A stretch of DNA of 29,439 bases from an uncultured Pseudomonadota bacterium (GTDB lineage: Bacteria; UBA10199; JADFYH01), in assembly GCA_964609335.1 (NCBI GenBank), contig CAZSRQ010000013.1:1-29439 (forward strand), in the 5' to 3' direction. The notes under the pieces are model-generated. The model was not told the DNA's origin. It made no database searches and worked only from the letters and a program-made list of their open reading frames with translations. The position numbers were made by a program, and so were the translations under genes. This document shows, piece after piece, positions 26,054-29,439 of the stretch. Each line of letters begins with the position of its first letter. The stretch's first letter is position 1.

Positions 26054-26203
26054 AGATCTCTTGCGTAAATCCAAATGGATGGTTCGACTACGCTCACCAT
26101 GTCCCGCTTTTACCCAATTGGGACACCCTGAGCTTGCTCGCCTTGCTGAAGCTTCCGCGAAGCGGGTCGAAGGGTCATTTTGGATGATTTACGCAAGAGA
26201 TCT
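26054..26203. repeat. Palindromic element C (TIR AGATCTCTTGCGTAAATC / GATTTACGCAAGAGATCT), shares an internal module with the 16757 element
   Basis: 18-bp perfect terminal inverted repeats. The internal GATGGTTCGACTACGCTCACCATGTCCC matches 16850-16885. Fills the gap between convergent hyp279 and arsC. Its right arm overlaps the arsC stop codon. Confidence 0.75.
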
Positions 26204-26600
26204 ATTGTCTAAGACGTTCCAATAATTCACCTACTTTGAGTTGAATCTGGTCACGCACTTTTCTGAACTCATCCAACGTCATATTTTTCGGATCAGGAAT
26301 TTTCCAATCTTCCCTCAATTTTCCCTGAACATACGGACATTCATCTCCACATCCCATCGTCATCACCGCGTCATATTGAGTGGCCGGAATATCCGAGAGC
26401 GATTTTGAATCATGGCTGGATAGATCATATCCGATCTCTTTCATCGATTCGATTGCCTTCGGATTTATTTTCCCGGACGGTTTTGAGCCGGCGCTGTAGA
26501 CTTCGATATCCTCGCGATTGGAGAGATGGACAAACGCTTCTGCCATCTGGCTTCGGCAGGAATTTTCAATGCAGACAAAAAGGATTTTTTTCTTGTTCAT
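26202..26600 (-). CDS. arsC: Arsenate reductase, thioredoxin-coupled LMW-PTP family
   Basis: ILFVCIENSCRSQMAE P-loop (CX5R) plus downstream GCGDEC cysteines, as in B. subtilis/S. aureus-type ArsC. 132 aa. Confidence 0.85.
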   Translation of the reverse strand: MNKKKILFVCIENSCRSQMAEAFVHLSNREDIEVYSAGSKPSGKINPKAIESMKEIGYDLSSHDSKSLSDIPATQYDAVMTMGCGDECPYVQGKLREDWKIPDPKNMTLDEFRKVRDQIQLKVGELLERLRQ

Positions 26601-26624
26601 AAAGTTTCATTTCCTCAGGGCAGA

Positions 26625-26750
26625 ACCCCCCTTTGAAAAAGGGGGGCAGGGGGGATTTAGTGCAACTTGTGGTAGAGAAAGATCAATTTTTCAAAACTGC
26701 AAACTCTATCTAATAAATCCCCCTAATCCCCCTTTTTCAAAGGGGGAGAA
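26625..26750. repeat. Family-A palindromic element (full-length, ~125 bp)
   Basis: CCCCCCTTTGAAAAAGGGGGG-CAGGGGGGATTTAGTGCAAC ... TAATAAATCCCCCTAATCCCCCTTTTTCAAAGGGGGAG. Its right end encodes the last 8 codons and the stop of the aquaporin gene. Confidence 0.8.
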
Positions 26751-27415
26751 GGAGAAAAAAAATATCCACAACAATCTTTTTCATGAGTTGCGCGACAAAA
26801 CTGAACGGCGACGAAAGATCCGATCAAAGGGGCGGTCAAATAAATCCACCAATATTCCAAATGTCCCGAAACAATCGCCGGGGCGAGAGAACGGGCCGGA
26901 TTCATCGAAGCACCCGAGATCGGGCCGCCGATTAAGGCGGCCAGGGCAACGGTTCCGCCGATTGCCAATCCTGCCGGGATTCCTTTTTCTTTTGCACCGG
27001 TGGAAACCGATAAAATCACCAACATCAAAACAGCAGTCATTAAAATTTCCAGAAGGAACGAGGAAAAAACTCCCTTCGACGGAAATGTTCCACCGAGATC
27101 TGCTGAGCCAGGAAAGATTAAATGAAGAAGAAAACTGGCGAGAAGAGCTGCAGAACATTGGCTGAACAGATAAGGAAAAATTTGTCGAAAAGAAAAACGT
27201 CGGGCAAAATAAAAACCGATCGTGACCGCCGGATTAAAATGGGCCCCAGAAATCGGTCCGAGGGAATAAACCAGTAAAGCAATCACCGATCCAAAAACAA
27301 GCGAAACCCCCAAATGAGTCACTTTTCCCTGACCGATTTCATTGATTATAATTGCGCCAGTTCCGGAAAATACGAGCCAGAAAGTTCCAAAAAATTCTGC
27401 AAACAATTTTTTCAT
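26723..27415 (-). CDS. MIP-family channel (aquaporin/aquaglyceroporin), possibly an AqpS-like arsenite channel
   Basis: Two NPA boxes (HFNPAVT, SMNPARS). Six TM helices. 230 aa. Directly upstream of arsC on the same strand. The C-terminal PSPPLKKGD* is encoded within repeat 26625-26750. Confidence 0.85.
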   Translation of the reverse strand: MKKLFAEFFGTFWLVFSGTGAIIINEIGQGKVTHLGVSLVFGSVIALLVYSLGPISGAHFNPAVTIGFYFARRFSFRQIFPYLFSQCSAALLASFLLHLIFPGSADLGGTFPSKGVFSSFLLEILMTAVLMLVILSVSTGAKEKGIPAGLAIGGTVALAALIGGPISGASMNPARSLAPAIVSGHLEYWWIYLTAPLIGSFVAVQFCRATHEKDCCGYFFSPSPPLKKGD

Positions 27416-27465
27416 AAGATACTTTCCCTCTTTGGGGCATTCGTATCCATAGATCTTTGATGATT

Positions 27466-27488
27466 CCCCTCTTCATCTTAAGAGGGGG
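27466..27488. repeat. Small hairpin CCCCTCTT-CATCTT-AAGAGGGG downstream of phoU
   Basis: 8-bp stem. Shares the core TCTTAAGAGGGGGA with the hairpin at 28969-28988. Confidence 0.5.
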
Positions 27489-27504
27489 AGAGGAAGAACA
27501 TAAC

Positions 27505-28179
27505 CTACAAAGAAAAATGCTTATGCCTCACATCCTCCCCTCGAAGCATAAAAAGAACCATTTCCGCCACATTGGTTGCATGGTCTCCCAATCTCTCCAG
27601 ATATTTTGCAACATAACTTAATCGGACGGCGCGAGAAACATTTTGGGGATCCTGCTTCATCAAATCGAGCAGTTCGTCGAAAATCTTTTTTGTCAGGTCA
27701 TCGACCGGATCATCAAGTGTTAAAACACTTTGCGCCAACGCGGCATCACGGGTCACAAAGGCATCGAGTGCTTCTTTCATCATTTTTTGCGCCATTTGGG
27801 CGAGCATCGGTAGATGAATGTAAGGTTTCAATGGCGGTTCTTTGATCAACTCCAAGGCACGTTCCGCAATATTGACCCCCAGATCCCCCATTCGTTCGAG
27901 ATCGATGATGATTTTCAAACTGGTGATGATAAATCTCAAATCGGAGGCGGTCGGTTGCCGGAGCGCCAAAATATTGAAGCAGAGTTCATCGATATCCTTT
28001 TCAAGCTGGTTGATCTCCTTATCCGACTGGATCAGTTTATGGGCTAGATCTGCATCGGCCCCAATCAGCGCCTTCATCGCATGATCGACCATCTCCTCGA
28101 CTCGGCTACCGGCGAGAAGAAGTTTCTCTCGCAGTTCTCTTAGATCATGCTCATAACTTCTGGATGTATGTTCAGTCAT
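27505..28179 (-). CDS. phoU: Phosphate signalling complex protein PhoU
   Basis: Two PhoU repeats with D..E.MG.L and E.LGD-type motifs. 224 aa. Immediately downstream of pstB. Confidence 0.9.
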   Translation of the reverse strand: MTEHTSRSYEHDLRELREKLLLAGSRVEEMVDHAMKALIGADADLAHKLIQSDKEINQLEKDIDELCFNILALRQPTASDLRFIITSLKIIIDLERMGDLGVNIAERALELIKEPPLKPYIHLPMLAQMAQKMMKEALDAFVTRDAALAQSVLTLDDPVDDLTKKIFDELLDLMKQDPQNVSRAVRLSYVAKYLERLGDHATNVAEMVLFMLRGEDVRHKHFSL

Positions 28180-28182
28180 AAA

Positions 28183-28956
28183 TTATCCAAACCTCCCTGT
28201 GATGTAGTCTTCGGTGAGTGAAGACTTGGGACTTCTAAAAATTTTCTTGGTATCATCGAACTCAATCAGATCGCCATTCAGAAGAAAAGCGGTTTTGTCG
28301 GAGACGCGCGCCGCCTGTTGCATATTGTGGGTAACGATGACGATGGTGTAATCTTTTTTCAGGTTTTCGAGCAGTTGTTCAATTCTTGCGGTCGAGATCG
28401 GATCGAGGGCTGAGCAAGGTTCATCCATCAACAGGATTTCAGGATTCACCGCCAAGGCACGCGCAATGCAGAGCCGCTGTTGTTGACCTCCCGAAATCGA
28501 GATTCCCGCATTGTGAAGAGAATCTTTTACTTCGTCCCAAAGTGCCGCCATTTTTAAACAGCGTTCGACCACCTCTTCGGATTCTTTTTTCTTGAGTCCA
28601 CCCCCGAGTTTCAAGCCGGCGATGACATTGTCAAAAATTGAGAGGGTTGGAAAAGGGTTCGGCTTTTGAAACACCATTCCGATTCTTCTTCGGACAAGAA
28701 CCGGATCGACTTCGGCCTCATAAATATTTTCACCATCGAGCAGAATTTCTCCGGTGATTCGGGCGCCGATCGTCACTTCGTGCATCCGGTTCAGGCAACG
28801 GACAAACGTTGATTTTCCACAACCGGAGGGACCGATGATTGCGGTCACTTCGTTTTTTTTGATTTCCAGATTCAAATTTTTCAAAACCTGCTTTTTTGAA
28901 AACCAGGCGTTGAGATCTTTGACGGATAGTCCTTGAGTGGTCATAAAAATGGTCAT
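28183..28956 (-). CDS. pstB: Phosphate ABC transporter ATP-binding protein PstB
   Basis: Walker [10 protein letters not shown], signature LSGGQQQRL, Walker B LLMDEP. SD AGGAG 8 nt upstream. Confidence 0.9.
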   Translation of the reverse strand: MTIFMTTQGLSVKDLNAWFSKKQVLKNLNLEIKKNEVTAIIGPSGCGKSTFVRCLNRMHEVTIGARITGEILLDGENIYEAEVDPVLVRRRIGMVFQKPNPFPTLSIFDNVIAGLKLGGGLKKKESEEVVERCLKMAALWDEVKDSLHNAGISISGGQQQRLCIARALAVNPEILLMDEPCSALDPISTARIEQLLENLKKDYTIVIVTHNMQQAARVSDKTAFLLNGDLIEFDDTKKIFRSPKSSLTEDYITGRFG

Positions 28957-28968
28957 CCATAAACTCCT

Positions 28969-28988
28969 CCCCTTATCTTAAGAGGGGG
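28969..28988. repeat. Small hairpin CCCCTTATCTTAAGAGGGGG between pstA and pstB
   Basis: 5-6 bp stem around a palindromic CTTAAG. Lies immediately upstream of the pstB SD. Confidence 0.5.
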
Positions 28989-28996
28989 AAATATTT

Positions 28997-29439
28997 TTAT
29001 CTGATTTTCTTAAACTTGCTCCTCGTATAATACCGCGCAGTCACATTAATAATAAAACTGATCGTCACCAAAACCAGTGCAGCTCCCCACGCTTTCGCCT
29101 GCCAATCTTCATAAGGGCTAATCGCGTAGGTAAAAATCTGCAAAGTCAACGCGGCCATCGGTTGCAAAATATTCGTTTGCCAAAACTGGTTTCCAAAGGC
29201 GGTGAACAGGAGAGGGGCAGTTTCACCAATAATGCGGGCAAGTGCCAGAACAATCGCTGTCACAATCCCCCCTTTTGCGGTTTTGACGACGACGTATAGA
29301 ATCACTTTCCATTCGGGAGCCCCCAACGCCAAAGCTGCTTCACGCAACGTATGTGGAACCAGCTTCACCACCTCTTCAGTCGTTCGAACGATCACCGGAA
29401 TCATCAGCAGGCTTAAAGCAACCCCGCCGGATAGTCCTG
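28997..29439 (-). CDS. pstA: Phosphate ABC transporter permease PstA (C-terminal part; the gene continues beyond the window end)
   Basis: C-terminal PstA region with the EAA-like motif REAALALGAPEWKV and TM helices. The reading frame is open to position 29439. Confidence 0.85.
   Translation of the reverse strand, partial: GLSGGVALSLLMIPVIVRTTEEVVKLVPHTLREAALALGAPEWKVILYVVVKTAKGGIVTAIVLALARIIGETAPLLFTAFGNQFWQTNILQPMAALTLQIFTYAISPYEDWQAKAWGAALVLVTISFIINVTARYYTRSKFKKIR

Noticed and set aside
1208-26750. Repeats considered as a CRISPR array
   Set aside because: Copies are kilobases apart, not regularly spaced, internally palindromic with variable architecture, and no cas genes are present.

Overview
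This ~29.4 kb window looks like a chromosomal segment from a moderately AT-rich bacterium, roughly 40-45% GC by eye. A complete tolQ-tolR-tolA-tolB cluster implies a Gram-negative type envelope. Nearly all ORFs are recognisable housekeeping or metabolic genes. Histidine and biotin biosynthesis: hisH, hisB, bioB. Envelope: murI, tolQRAB, a secreted NHL-repeat protein, an SPFH/stomatin protein. Nucleotide and polyamine metabolism: ppx/gppA, speA. Small regulators: yacG, bolA. Transport: a cobalamin/siderophore-type substrate-binding protein, a CPA2 antiporter, an aquaporin next to arsC, phoU-pstB-pstA. Stress and redox: a NUDIX hydrolase, an OsmC/Ohr protein, a PaaI-type thioesterase, a siroheme sulfite/nitrite reductase. 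Also ftsY. Three ORFs have no recognisable family: 20979-21572, 21921-23369 and 25244-26047. There is no integrase, transposase, CRISPR array, tRNA or rRNA. The unusual content is non-coding. At least four families of nested, modular palindromic repeats (60-210 bp, MITE/REP/RPE-like) lie at nearly every larger intergenic gap. One is inserted in-frame inside the substrate-binding-protein gene. Others supply the last codons and the stop codon of neighbouring genes (hyp197, the aquaporin) or overlap stop codons (hisB, arsC). Two direct copies of one family bracket the hyp482-CBS-ftsY block. Two long G/C-rich or perfect hairpins sit in the hisB-hisH and tolA-tolB intergenic spaces. The candidates for something new are the repeat system and its effect on coding sequences, the orphan ORFs, the ~170-aa C-terminal extension on the sulfite reductase, and the aquaporin-arsC pairing.
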